NCBI GenBank assembly: GCA_964643575.1
Contig: CAZXTD010000004.1
Coordinates: forward strand, 2,016-66,015
Source of the DNA: an uncultured Glaciecola sp.
GTDB taxonomy: Bacteria > Pseudomonadota > Gammaproteobacteria > Enterobacterales > Alteromonadaceae
DNA: 64,000 nt
Direction of reading: 5' to 3'
The notes beneath the pieces were generated by a model. The model ran no database searches and was not told the DNA's origin. It saw only the letters and a list, made by a program, of their open reading frames with translations. This document shows positions 19,654 through 32,225 of the stretch, piece after piece. Position 1 is the first letter of the stretch. Each line of letters opens with the position of its first letter. A program made the translations under genes and the position numbers.

Positions 19654-21549
19654 ATGAAAATAGACGTACCACAATTACACAAATTAAACGCAAGCGCGAT
19701 TGTGGCCGTGGTGCTCGTTTTTGTCACATTACTACTGATGTTACCTTATTCCCTTACCCAACAGAGCACCCAAAATAGTACCAGTCTTAGCGCACAATAT
19801 TTTGTAGACACTTCTTTTAACATTGAGCTTAATGATGCTATTGAGCTAGAAAATGGTGCATGGCAAGCAGTGACAAATTTTAACTTTGGGCTTGTAAGCG
19901 AGCCCCATTGGCTAAAATTCACCGTTGAACCAACCTTGCAAGATGAACAGCGTTTGCTCCTACTGAATTACGGCTTGCTTGACCACGTGGACGTTTGGTT
20001 TATCTCCAGTTCTTCTGATGGCGCAGAACAAAAAGACGTTATTTCTGCTTTTAGCAGCGGTGATGTCTTTGTTTTTGACAATCGTGCGATTAAGGTCGAA
20101 CCTTTCTTATTCCGTGTTCCAGAAATTAATGAGCCACTTACCGTGATTATCAAAGTGAGTAGCAAAGGGCCTCTCAAAGTGCCAATGGAGCTTTGGGATG
20201 AAGCAAGATTTATCGAATATTCGGGCCTTCAAAAACTATTTTTAGGCCTGTTTTTTGGATTCATGATTGCAATGGCGCTGAGTAATTTGTTTATTTACGC
20301 GTCAACCCGTAACACGCTGTTTGCTATCTATACTGGCTACGTCACGAGTATAGGTCTTGTAGTAGCAGCCTTACACGGAATAGGCTTCCATTATCTGTGG
20401 CCCAATAATTTATGGTTACAAGAGTTTGCGGTCCCCATATTTGCAAACACCACAATGATATTCATCATTTCGTTGACGATACGTTTGCTCAACTTAAAAA
20501 AGGCTTCGCCAGTCAATTATCGACTTTTGCGTAATGTTCGTTACATCTTTATTATTTTGTTAATTCTTTGCGCATTTATGCCCTATCAGGTCGTTATTAA
20601 AACAGTTTTAGTCTTACTGGTTATAACCACCCCGATTATCTTAGTTTCTGGTATCACACAGGCCTTAGGCGGCAACACCGTTGCCCGCTATTTTTGTGGT
20701 GCATGGGGCGCGTTGTTGATATCGGGTGTCAGTATTGCCATGGAAAACTTTGGCGTTTATCAATCTCCTATCGATTCAAGCTATTTGCTAATGGTGGGCG
20801 CAGTCACCGAAGCCTCATTGCTTGCCTTAGCATTAGCAGTAAGCTTTTCTGAGCAGTTGTTTAAAGCCAGCAGTGCGCGTAAGACTGCTTTGGAAAACGA
20901 ACAAAAAGCCTTAATAGCCAGAGACGAACTTATCGCTCTGCAAGAAAAAAATCAGGCCGATTTAGAATACAGTATTGAAGAACGCACTTTGGAGTTAGAA
21001 ATTGCGCTCAGAGAATTAAGTGAGAAAAATGTCGAGCTCGAAAAACTCAGTGCGGCAGACCCACTAACTGGACTAATGAATAGGCGTTTCTTTGACAAAC
21101 GGTTGCTCGCAGAGACAAGACGAAGCAAGCGTGAACTTACGCCTTTAGGTATTGCGATGTTGGATATTGATCACTTTAAGAAGATTAACGATACCTATGG
21201 GCATTTATGTGGCGACTATTGTTTAAAATTATTCGCGCAAATGCTGAAAGATGAAGTGAAGCGGCCATCCGACGTTTTATGTCGATACGGCGGTGAAGAA
21301 TTTGTGCTTATCTTACCTAATACTGATATGGCGGGTTTAGAGAAACTCCTTGAACGAGTTCGACATACTGTTGAGAGTAAAAAAATTGTATTCGAAGGCA
21401 TATCACTGTCTATGACAGTAAGTATCGGCGGCTGCTCGCGCGTTATCGCTACGGAAGATGAACATGCATTGTTGGTTGGTTTTGTTGATAAACAATTGTA
21501 CCAAGCGAAAGAGTCGGGACGGAATCAGGTTAAAATAGGTAGCTACTGA
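19654..21549 (+). CDS. 7TMR-DISMED2 / 7TM-DISM / GGDEF diguanylate cyclase with RxxD I-site
   Basis: Periplasmic HWLKF...LLDHVDVW domain, 7 TM helices, DPLTGLMNRR, DIDHFKKINDTYGH, RPSDVLCRYGGEEF. Confidence 0.9.
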   Translation: MKIDVPQLHKLNASAIVAVVLVFVTLLLMLPYSLTQQSTQNSTSLSAQYFVDTSFNIELNDAIELENGAWQAVTNFNFGLVSEPHWLKFTVEPTLQDEQRLLLLNYGLLDHVDVWFISSSSDGAEQKDVISAFSSGDVFVFDNRAIKVEPFLFRVPEINEPLTVIIKVSSKGPLKVPMELWDEARFIEYSGLQKLFLGLFFGFMIAMALSNLFIYASTRNTLFAIYTGYVTSIGLVVAALHGIGFHYLWPNNLWLQEFAVPIFANTTMIFIISLTIRLLNLKKASPVNYRLLRNVRYIFIILLILCAFMPYQVVIKTVLVLLVITTPIILVSGITQALGGNTVARYFCGAWGALLISGVSIAMENFGVYQSPIDSSYLLMVGAVTEASLLALALAVSFSEQLFKASSARKTALENEQKALIARDELIALQEKNQADLEYSIEERTLELEIALRELSEKNVELEKLSAADPLTGLMNRRFFDKRLLAETRRSKRELTPLGIAMLDIDHFKKINDTYGHLCGDYCLKLFAQMLKDEVKRPSDVLCRYGGEEFVLILPNTDMAGLEKLLERVRHTVESKKIVFEGISLSMTVSIGGCSRVIATEDEHALLVGFVDKQLYQAKESGRNQVKIGSY

Positions 21550-21559
21550 CTATAGACTT

Positions 21560-24561
<3,002 letters not shown>

Positions 24562-24710
24562 CCTAGCTCGTGACTAGTTTCTGTCTGAAAACCCTGGTCC
24601 ATTAATCTACCGTTAAAAGCCTACCGATTATGCAGTTTTTACGTAATTTAAGACACCAAACTACCCTTAAGTTCTAGAAAGTGCAAATCAACGGGGTTTG
24701 CTGTTTGTAG

Positions 24711-25877
24711 TCAGCGCGTCAACATACTGCGCCAAATCTCGCCCCATCCAGGCTCTTTGCCAAAAAGAGTGATATTAGCTCTGAATATTCTAAAAGCGTA
24801 CATGCGAACAACCAGAATACCGAGTGCTAAAGAGATTAAAGAGACAATCACTTGCCAAGTAGGAACGTCCATTGATGCCAATCGCATTGGCATAAAGCTT
24901 ACCGATGTTAATGGAAACATCGACAAAATAGTGGCGACTTGCCCGTTTGGTTCACCTAGCACAAAAAACACTAAGATTACGGGTACCATCGGCAAAAACA
25001 TTACGCCGGTTTTACCGCTATGGTTTATGTCGTCGATAGTGGCTGAAAAGCCCACAAAGACATAGTTCCACAATACAATGCCCAAAGTACAAAACAGCAG
25101 CACTTGAATAAGTAACATGGGCGTTATGCCTGCTAGCATATTTGCTTCTTGAGTAATTGCAGCGATAACCAAAAATATCACCAGTGAGAATAGCGCGGTC
25201 GTAAATACGCTTTTTAAGCTCGACAAACAAAGCCCTAAGGTTTTACCATCTACCCATTGTTGATGAGACAAACAAGTTAGTAATTGCTCGGTAACGCGCT
25301 GCTGTTTTTCTTGGGTGACTGAACTTAAACATAAACCGAAGCTCGTAAAGACTGCAATAGCACTGAGTATTGCGGCCATTAGTCCTAATATTTGCGTATC
25401 TGCGCCTGAGTCCGCTTTGGCTTTGCTGATAAAAGAGAAGTCGATAGGATTGAGTAGGGTATCAAGTTGAGACTGCGATAACGACAAGGAGTTGAGAAGC
25501 TCAAGCTGGTAAAAATCGCTTAAGTCTTGTTCTAGCTCATCGTGCCATTTACTTTGCTGCAATGCATACAAAGTGAAGGTGTTTTCTTCTTGTTTTAGAA
25601 TAGCGTCTAGCTCGTTTTTATCTAAAATTTCAAAAAGCTGTGACTGGCTTAACTCGGCACTAATTTCACTTAGCGAAAATTTATCGCCCATGGGCGCACT
25701 CAATTCGCCGCCTACAATACCAATCTCAAAACGCGCTTGCTGACTCGTTTGATCCCAAACCTTTACGGCAAAAATTACAAGGTAGATGGCGAGCATAGCC
25801 GCGTAACCAATCAACTCCTGCTTCCATTTGAAGTTGCGCATAAATTCCCATTTTGCGACTAATACTGTTTTATTCAT
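24711..25877 (-). CDS. ABC-2 type permease (NatB/YhaP-like)
   Basis: VAKWEF N-terminus, QEKQQRVTEQLL (E-K..R..E.LL motif), PLTSVSFMPMRL; start overlaps the ATPase stop. Confidence 0.88.
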   Translation of the reverse strand: MNKTVLVAKWEFMRNFKWKQELIGYAAMLAIYLVIFAVKVWDQTSQQARFEIGIVGGELSAPMGDKFSLSEISAELSQSQLFEILDKNELDAILKQEENTFTLYALQQSKWHDELEQDLSDFYQLELLNSLSLSQSQLDTLLNPIDFSFISKAKADSGADTQILGLMAAILSAIAVFTSFGLCLSSVTQEKQQRVTEQLLTCLSHQQWVDGKTLGLCLSSLKSVFTTALFSLVIFLVIAAITQEANMLAGITPMLLIQVLLFCTLGIVLWNYVFVGFSATIDDINHSGKTGVMFLPMVPVILVFFVLGEPNGQVATILSMFPLTSVSFMPMRLASMDVPTWQVIVSLISLALGILVVRMYAFRIFRANITLFGKEPGWGEIWRSMLTR

Positions 25878-26794
25878 TATTGTGCTTCCTGCAGGCTGTT
25901 GAGGTAGATATCGTGTAGGGTTGCTTGAGAGGTTTGTAATGACGCAACTTTATGTTCTTTAAGTATTTTTTGAAGCACCTCAGGTAAAGATGCCGATAAT
26001 TCGAGGTGCAATACAACGGTGCTTTCATTTTTTTGTTCTGTTGCCAAAACGCCGCTGTAGCCGGCAAAAACTTCTTGATTGTTTGGTGAGTCAAAACTCA
26101 AGGTAATACTGCTGCCAATGCCCGATTGTTTGCAAATATTCTGGATATCGCCATAGAGGGCGGCACTTCCTTTGTTCATTAATAAGAAGCGGTCGGCGAG
26201 CTTTTCGACTAGGGACATTTGATGAGCGCTTAAAATAATCGTTGTGCCTTGAGCTTTAAGTTCTGCTAAAAAGTCGATGACTTTTTCCTGGTTGATGGGA
26301 TCAAGTCCTGAAAACGGCTCATCTAAAAACACAATACTCGGACTATGCAATATAGCCGAAATCAACTGTACTTTTTGTTGATTACCCTTCGATAAGGTTT
26401 TTAAGGGATCGTTTACGCGTTCAATTAAGTCGAAACGTTCAAGCCAATCTTTAGCTGCGCCAAGCGCTTTAGACTTGCTCATATCTTTGAGCTGGCCCAT
26501 ATAAACCAAGGTTTTTAAAATAGACGTTTCTTGAAACAAGCCTCGTTCTTCTGGCAAGTAGCCAAAATCACGGCTTTGAAGCTGCCCTGTGCTATTGCCT
26601 GCAGCATCAGTAAAACAAATTTCGCCTTCGTCAGCTTGGGTCAAACCAATTAACATACGAATAGTAGACGATTTGCCTGCACCGTTGGGCCCTAGCATGG
26701 CAAAGATTTCACCTTTATGCACATCAAAGGATAAGTCATTTACCGCAACAACCGTGCTGTATTTTTTCACAATATTCGAAACGCTTACCTGCAT
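25877..26794 (-). CDS. ABC transporter ATP-binding protein (NatA/YhaQ-like)
   Basis: Walker A GPNGAGKS, signature LSKGNQQ, Walker B VFLDEPFSGLDP, H-loop SAH. Confidence 0.93.
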   Translation of the reverse strand: MQVSVSNIVKKYSTVVAVNDLSFDVHKGEIFAMLGPNGAGKSSTIRMLIGLTQADEGEICFTDAAGNSTGQLQSRDFGYLPEERGLFQETSILKTLVYMGQLKDMSKSKALGAAKDWLERFDLIERVNDPLKTLSKGNQQKVQLISAILHSPSIVFLDEPFSGLDPINQEKVIDFLAELKAQGTTIILSAHQMSLVEKLADRFLLMNKGSAALYGDIQNICKQSGIGSSITLSFDSPNNQEVFAGYSGVLATEQKNESTVVLHLELSASLPEVLQKILKEHKVASLQTSQATLHDIYLNSLQEAQ

Positions 26795-26854
26795 ACGAAA
26801 TATATTCCTTTTTGATATTTAAAGTCAGATGTTATCTATATACGGCTCATTTTT

Positions 26855-26878
26855 ATCGAAGGGTCAGAGTCCTTGAAA
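26855..26878 (+). repeat. REP-like hairpin repeat, copy 2
   Basis: ATCGAAGGGTCAGAGTCCTTGAAA; two substitutions relative to copy 1. Confidence 0.85.
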
Positions 26879-26961
26879 GCTTAATTCAATTCTAAGGTAC
26901 AGTTTTAATCAAAGGTTGATTTATTACACTTGAGCATTGAGCACTATTTAAAGGATTAGTT

Positions 26962-27705
26962 TTGGCGAGAAGACGACGTATTACGCTACCAAACGTACCG
27001 ATGCATGTTATTCAGCGCGGCAATAATAAACAGGCGTGCTTTTTTCAAACAGCAGACTACGCCGTATATCTAAATAAACTTAAAGAGGCGGCTACTAAAT
27101 ACGAAGTAGAAGTACATTGTTTTGTTTTAATGACTAATCATGTCCATCTGTTATTAACAGCTAATTGCCATTCAGGTATAAGTCTACTTATGCAGAGTTT
27201 AGGTCGCTATTATGTGCGTTACGTTAACACAACATATGGCCGCACCGGAACATTATGGGAAGGCCGATATAAATCTAGCGTAGTAGACAGCGAAAACTAC
27301 TTACTTAGCTTATATCAATATATCGAGTTAAACCCAGTGAGAGCAAGGATGGTGGCGCATCCAAGAGACTACGCTTGGAGCAGTTATCACATGAATGGTG
27401 GAAACAGACATATTGGCCTAGTATCACAGCACCCACTTTATCTGGCCTTGGGTGATAATGTAGAGTCAAGGCGATATTCTTATAACGCTTTGCTAAAACA
27501 AACTCTTTCAGATGAACAAGTTGCATGGATATCCTCGAGTACAAATAAGTCACGCATTTTGGGTAGTAAAAAGTTTTCGCAACAAATCTCCTCTCAATTA
27601 GAACATTATTCAGGATATTTGAAGCATGGAGGCGATAGACGTTCAAAGGATTACATGTCAACCGCAAACCTATCTTATGACGAGAGTTACAGCAAAGATA
27701 ATTAA
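26962..27705 (+). mobile_element. REP-associated tyrosine transposase-like protein (RAYT; HUH/Y1, IS200-like fold)
   Basis: HVIQRGNN, HUH motif LMTNHVHLL, LWEGRYKS, catalytic-Tyr motif YIELNPVRA, YAWSSY; TTG start after AAGGA; flanked by inverted hairpin repeats. Confidence 0.9.
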
Positions 27706-27723
27706 AAGAGAAATTAGTTTTGG

Positions 27724-27766
27724 TTCAAAGACTCTGACCCTTTGATAAAGACTCTGACCCTTTGAT
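27724..27766 (-). repeat. Tandem REP-like repeats, copies 3-4
   Basis: TTCAAAGACTCTGACCCTTTGAT (27724-27746) directly followed by AAAGACTCTGACCCTTTGAT (27747-27766). Confidence 0.92.
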
Positions 27767-27801
27767 ACTGAGCCGCTTTAAACGGTCAGCTATATATCAA
27801 T

Positions 27802-28380
27802 CTATCGAAGTTCAAAATAGTAAACATCACTCGAGATCTGTGTAAAGGTGTCGTAGTTTACGAGGTATTGATTAATTAGCTCAGTACTTGTATTTGTAAC
27901 TAATACTCCCTCAAAGCCATGCATTACACTACTCCCCGTCTGAAACCAGTGTGCGCTTTTATCAGCATCGTAATAATATTGCTTAAAGCCGTATGAGTTT
28001 AAACTGTTTAAATATCGGCTAAGGGTTTCAAATGAAATATTTACTTGCTCAGGATATTTGTTGGCTAATTCATCCCAACTTGAAAACTCAATGCTTGACG
28101 CGCTTTCGAGGTATTGTTGCACGAAGCCACCTTGTGGAGCGCTTCCATATGTCATGTTTTTAAAATCGATAATTATGCTATTTAAGATGATGACGTCATT
28201 TTTCATATCGTCAATTTGCACAATAGAATGGGATTGAAGCTCTTTGGAAAGCTGACGAATGTTATCTAATACTTCGTTTTGCCTATAGTAGGCTTCGTCA
28301 AATTTTGGCGCACACGCAGTAATAAAAAGTATAGTAAATACAATGGATAAGAGCTTACCTAGCAGCCTTTTTTCGAGCAT
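27802..28380 (-). CDS. Hypothetical lipoprotein
   Basis: Basic N-terminus, hydrophobic core, lipobox ITA|C, AAGGA RBS; no recognisable domain. Confidence 0.8.
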   Translation of the reverse strand: MLEKRLLGKLLSIVFTILFITACAPKFDEAYYRQNEVLDNIRQLSKELQSHSIVQIDDMKNDVIILNSIIIDFKNMTYGSAPQGGFVQQYLESASSIEFSSWDELANKYPEQVNISFETLSRYLNSLNSYGFKQYYYDADKSAHWFQTGSSVMHGFEGVLVTNTSTELINQYLVNYDTFTQISSDVYYFELR

Positions 28381-28406
28381 TGTTTTACAGTTCCTTTTGT
28401 TAAGCT

Positions 28407-28475
28407 CTTTGATTGTTTCAAAGACTCTGACCCTTTGATCGTTTCAAAGACTCTAAAGACTCTGACCCTTTGATC
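28407..28475 (-). repeat. Tandem REP-like repeats, copies 5-7 plus a remnant
   Basis: CTTTGAT remnant (28407-28413); full TTTCAAAGACTCTGACCCTTTGATC (28416-28440); partial TTTCAAAGACTCT (28442-28454); AAAGACTCTGACCCTTTGATC (28455-28475). Confidence 0.92.
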
Positions 28476-28484
28476 GCTCTTTTC

Positions 28485-29333
28485 TTAAATATTCACCTGA
28501 ATATTATCAATCAACCTAGTTTTACCCAAAAATGCTGCTGCTAAAATCACCAAATGCTTATCTTCGTGACCAACTTGTAGCAACGTATCAGCGCTACGTA
28601 ATTCAAGATAGTCAGGTTTGAAGCCTTTCGCGGCGAGGGCACTTTTGGCATCGCCTATCAACAAGCTAAAGTCACGTCGCCCGTCTACGATGGCTTGCGC
28701 GAGTGCGCTAATTTCTTGATACAAAGCCGGTGCGAGTGTGCGCTGTTCTGGAGTCAAATAGCCGTTGCGAGAACTCATTGCTAGGCCGTCTTCGTGGCGT
28801 TCGGTGGGTACGCCGTGGATGCTTAGGTTCATCGACAAGTCGGTAACCATAGCTTTGATAACTTGTAATTGCTGAAAATCTTTTTCACCAAAAAAGGCGT
28901 GGTTTGGCTGTACCATGTTGAAGAGTTTACATACGATTGTGGCGACGCCTCTAAAATGGCCAGGCCGGCTGGCGCCGCAAATCATATACGACAAACCAGG
29001 AACTTCTACAAAGGTTTGTTGTTCTAGACCGCGGCTGTATATATCCTCGCTCTTTGGCATAAACAGAACATCTACGCCTAAGGCTCGTAGTGAATCTTGG
29101 TCGTTTTGTAGTGTACGCGGGTATGCATCTAAGTCTTCGTCGGGGCCAAATTGTAAGGGGTTAACAAATATTGATACAACCACTTTAGTTGCGTGCTTTT
29201 TGGCTTCTTTTACTAGCTTTAAATGGCCATTGTGCAAGTTACCCATGGTAGGTACAAAAGCGATGACTTCTTTACTGGACTGCCACGTACGGCGAATTTG
29301 TCTAAGGGCTAATATTTCGTCAACAATCTGCAT
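28485..29333 (-). CDS. panC: Pantoate--beta-alanine ligase
   Basis: [48 protein letters not shown]. Confidence 0.98.
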   Translation of the reverse strand: MQIVDEILALRQIRRTWQSSKEVIAFVPTMGNLHNGHLKLVKEAKKHATKVVVSIFVNPLQFGPDEDLDAYPRTLQNDQDSLRALGVDVLFMPKSEDIYSRGLEQQTFVEVPGLSYMICGASRPGHFRGVATIVCKLFNMVQPNHAFFGEKDFQQLQVIKAMVTDLSMNLSIHGVPTERHEDGLAMSSRNGYLTPEQRTLAPALYQEISALAQAIVDGRRDFSLLIGDAKSALAAKGFKPDYLELRSADTLLQVGHEDKHLVILAAAFLGKTRLIDNIQVNI

Positions 29334-29377
29334 ACTAATTTCTTATTATTTGTTTAATCTAAGCTATTTGTAAGTTA

Positions 29378-30172
29378 TCACTCAAAGGTGTGCTCTGGCC
29401 CTGGGAAGCCTTTACTTCTTACTTCATCAATATAAGCAGTAACGCTTTTACGAATATCACCATGTTGCTCTAAATAGTTTTTTGAAAATTTAGGCATGTA
29501 GTTAGCACTAATGCCAAGCATGTCATGCATCACTAATATTTGGCCGTCGGTGTTAACACCTGCACCAATGCCAATGACAGGTATAGCAAGCGCTTCGCTC
29601 ACTTCTTGGGCCAAGTCTTTTGGCACGCATTCTAACACAAGTAGCTGAATGCCGGCTTTTTCAAGCGCAATCGCCGAATCTAACAAGCGCTGGGCTTGCT
29701 CGTCACTGCGCCCTTGTACTTTAAAACCGCCTAAAACATGCACAGACTGGGGTGTAAGGCCTAAATGACCGCATACCGGTACACTGCGCTCTACTAAACC
29801 GCTTATTGTCTCTAAAAGCCATTCACCGCCTTCTAACTTAACCATGCTAGCGCCAGCTCGCATCAAATTGGCGGCATTTTTGTAGGTAGATTCGGGCGTG
29901 GCGTAGCTCATAAAGGGCATATCAGCTACTACAAATGCTCGCTCGGCACCTGCACGCACAGACTTGGTGTGATACATAATTTCTTGTGTGGTCACCGAGA
30001 GTGTGTCGTCACTTCCTTGCAGTACCATGCCTAACGAGTCGCCAATCAGGATGACATCTATGCCTTGTTCATCAAACAACTTAGCAAAGCTAGCGTCATA
30101 AGCGGTAAGCGCCGCTATTTTGGTTTGCTCTTGTTTCATTTTTTGTAGAGCTGAAATTGTGAGTTTTTTCAT
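29378..30172 (-). CDS. panB: 3-methyl-2-oxobutanoate hydroxymethyltransferase
   Basis: [38 protein letters not shown]. Confidence 0.98.
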   Translation of the reverse strand: MKKLTISALQKMKQEQTKIAALTAYDASFAKLFDEQGIDVILIGDSLGMVLQGSDDTLSVTTQEIMYHTKSVRAGAERAFVVADMPFMSYATPESTYKNAANLMRAGASMVKLEGGEWLLETISGLVERSVPVCGHLGLTPQSVHVLGGFKVQGRSDEQAQRLLDSAIALEKAGIQLLVLECVPKDLAQEVSEALAIPVIGIGAGVNTDGQILVMHDMLGISANYMPKFSKNYLEQHGDIRKSVTAYIDEVRSKGFPGPEHTFE

Positions 30173-30187
30173 TTCAATTCCTTTGCT

Positions 30188-30706
30188 TTATGCCGCAATC
30201 GAGGAGTAATCAACTAAGGTTGGCAAGCGTCGTAGGCCATTAATAGGGCGTTTTGCTACCCATGTAGCCAAACTCTTTCCGTCGAGCATAATCATATCAG
30301 GGGCGATTTCGAATAATGGAACAAGCACAAACTCGCGTTGTGCCATGCCATAGTGGGGTAATGTTAAGCGATCGTTGCTCATTGTGACATTGTTAAATAG
30401 CAGTATATCGAGGTCGAGAGTGCGCGGGCCCCATTTATCACCTTTACGCTCGCGACCATGCCGTTTTTCTATTTCTTGAAGGCAATCAAGCAGTTCAATG
30501 GGCGACAAGGAAGTCGTTATCCGGCAAACAGCATTGACAAAATCTGGCTGGTTTTGCGGACCCATAGGGTTGCTGGTATACAGATGCGAACACTGCTGAA
30601 TGCTTATATTCTCGCTAGTATGAATGTCTGATAAAGCAGTTGCCAAAATAGCCTGAGAATCACCAATGTTGCTACCTAAGCCGATGTATGCGGTATCTGT
30701 CATCAT
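30188..30706 (-). CDS. folK: 2-amino-4-hydroxy-6-hydroxymethyldihydropteridine diphosphokinase
   Basis: YIGLGSNIG, QPDFVNAV, WGPRTLDLDIL, LPH, FVLVPL. Confidence 0.97.
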   Translation of the reverse strand: MMTDTAYIGLGSNIGDSQAILATALSDIHTSENISIQQCSHLYTSNPMGPQNQPDFVNAVCRITTSLSPIELLDCLQEIEKRHGRERKGDKWGPRTLDLDILLFNNVTMSNDRLTLPHYGMAQREFVLVPLFEIAPDMIMLDGKSLATWVAKRPINGLRRLPTLVDYSSIAA

Positions 30707-32184
30707 GCTTTAGGTTTCCTTTTACGCCTGCGCCGAGGGGCGCTATTCGGAAGTTGGTTAATCATTTTGTTGCGCTCGTTGGTACCGACTTCCTGAAACA
30801 TCGTCCACCACTGGGCCACTTCAAGCAGTTTGCCGCCCTCTACTTGCCCACGTAATAATAAAAAGTCGTAAGCAGCTCTAAATTTAGGATGCGTTAACAG
30901 CTGCAAGCAGCGTTTGCCTTGACGCTTGAATAGACGCGATTGTAAACCCCATATTTCGCGCACCGGAATGCTAAAACGTTTGGGGATCATGATACGCTTG
31001 CTTTGCTGGAATAAAACCTCTGCACTGGCTAAATTAATAGCGTCGTGCATTTGCATACTTGACTCAAACGTTAGCTCTTGAGCGCGTTCTTCCATTGGAT
31101 ACCACAAAAAGGTCGCATACAAAAAAGCGGGCGTAATACGCTGGTCATTATGAATACGGTTATCGGTGTTTTTGAGCATTTTACACACCAATTCATACTC
31201 TTTACTTGCGGTATCTTTAAGTAAAGGTGCAAGTAAAGGAAAAAGCTGCCCGAGGAGCTTATGCTTGAGCAGGCTTTCGAATGTGACGAGGCCGTAGCCG
31301 CTTAACAAAAGTTTATTGGCTTCTTCAAACATGCGTGCAGCGGGAATATTTGCCATAAGGTGTGCATGCTGCACAATACTTTTGCTCAAAGCTTCAGGTA
31401 ATTGCATGTTTAATTTACAGGCAAAACGCACAGCACGTATCATGCGCACAGGGTCTTCTCTAAAACGCACCTCGCTGTCGCCAATCATCTCTATGGCGCG
31501 GTTTTCAATTGAGTGCATGCCATCGGCAAAGTCTAAGATACTCTCGTCGGTAACGTCAAAGTACATGGCGTTAAACGAAAAATCTCTGCGTGCGGCGTCT
31601 TCTTCAATGCTGCCAAAAATATTGTCTCTTATAAGCTGACCGCTTTCACTTTGCTTCGACAAATCTTCTTTTTCGTCAAATCGACGTGAACGTCGCAACT
31701 TTTTACCCCGAGGGCCTTCCAAATTAGCTTGCTCAGTTGCTTGCTTGTTATTTACATGCTCTGGCGCTGTGCTAGCCCCTTTCATTTGAGTAGGCGTATT
31801 GTCGGCTTCTTTTGTGCTTGAACCCTCATTGCCCTCGCTAGCGTGATGACCTCTAAAGGTAGCCACTTCGATAATTTCGCGACCAAAGGTAATATGTGCC
31901 AAGCGAAAACGCCTGCCAATTAGGCGACAGTTACGAAAGCAGGCTTTTATTTGGTCTGGGGTTGCGTTTGTGACAACGTCAAAGTCTTTTGGCGTTTGCC
32001 CCATGAGCTTGTCGCGCACACAGCCGCCAACAGCGTAGGCTTTGTAATTATGCTGTATTAAGGTTTGTAAGACTTTTAAGGTATTGGGCGTTAAATCGCT
32101 TTTACGCATAACATGAGCGTTGCGAGGTATTACTTTGGCAAACAGTTTTTGCGGCGCTGTTTCCTGGTTTGTTATTTCGCTCAT
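30703..32184 (-). CDS. pcnB: Poly(A) polymerase I; start uncertain (ATG 32184 preferred)
   Basis: VGGCVRD, PKDFDV, LIGRRFRLAH, RDNIFGSIEEDAARRDF, EDPVRMIRA, HPKFRAAYDFLLLR. Confidence 0.95.
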   Translation of the reverse strand: MSEITNQETAPQKLFAKVIPRNAHVMRKSDLTPNTLKVLQTLIQHNYKAYAVGGCVRDKLMGQTPKDFDVVTNATPDQIKACFRNCRLIGRRFRLAHITFGREIIEVATFRGHHASEGNEGSSTKEADNTPTQMKGASTAPEHVNNKQATEQANLEGPRGKKLRRSRRFDEKEDLSKQSESGQLIRDNIFGSIEEDAARRDFSFNAMYFDVTDESILDFADGMHSIENRAIEMIGDSEVRFREDPVRMIRAVRFACKLNMQLPEALSKSIVQHAHLMANIPAARMFEEANKLLLSGYGLVTFESLLKHKLLGQLFPLLAPLLKDTASKEYELVCKMLKNTDNRIHNDQRITPAFLYATFLWYPMEERAQELTFESSMQMHDAINLASAEVLFQQSKRIMIPKRFSIPVREIWGLQSRLFKRQGKRCLQLLTHPKFRAAYDFLLLRGQVEGGKLLEVAQWWTMFQEVGTNERNKMINQLPNSAPRRRRKRKPKA

Positions 32185-32225
32185 ACTTTTTTGCTCATAC
32201 TGCTTAATTGGCTCATCCGTTGTGA

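Noticed and set aside
26962-27705. IS200/IS605 element with TnpB
   Set aside because: No tnpB; the protein length, motifs and flanking repeats fit RAYT rather than the short IS200 TnpA
27767-27801. Integron attC site after the lipoprotein gene
   Set aside because: The imperfect hairpin lacks RYYYAAC/GTTRRRY boxes, and no IntI is encoded in the window
27724-28475. CRISPR array interpretation of the tandem repeats
   Set aside because: Copies abut with no unique spacers of regular length, and no cas genes are present
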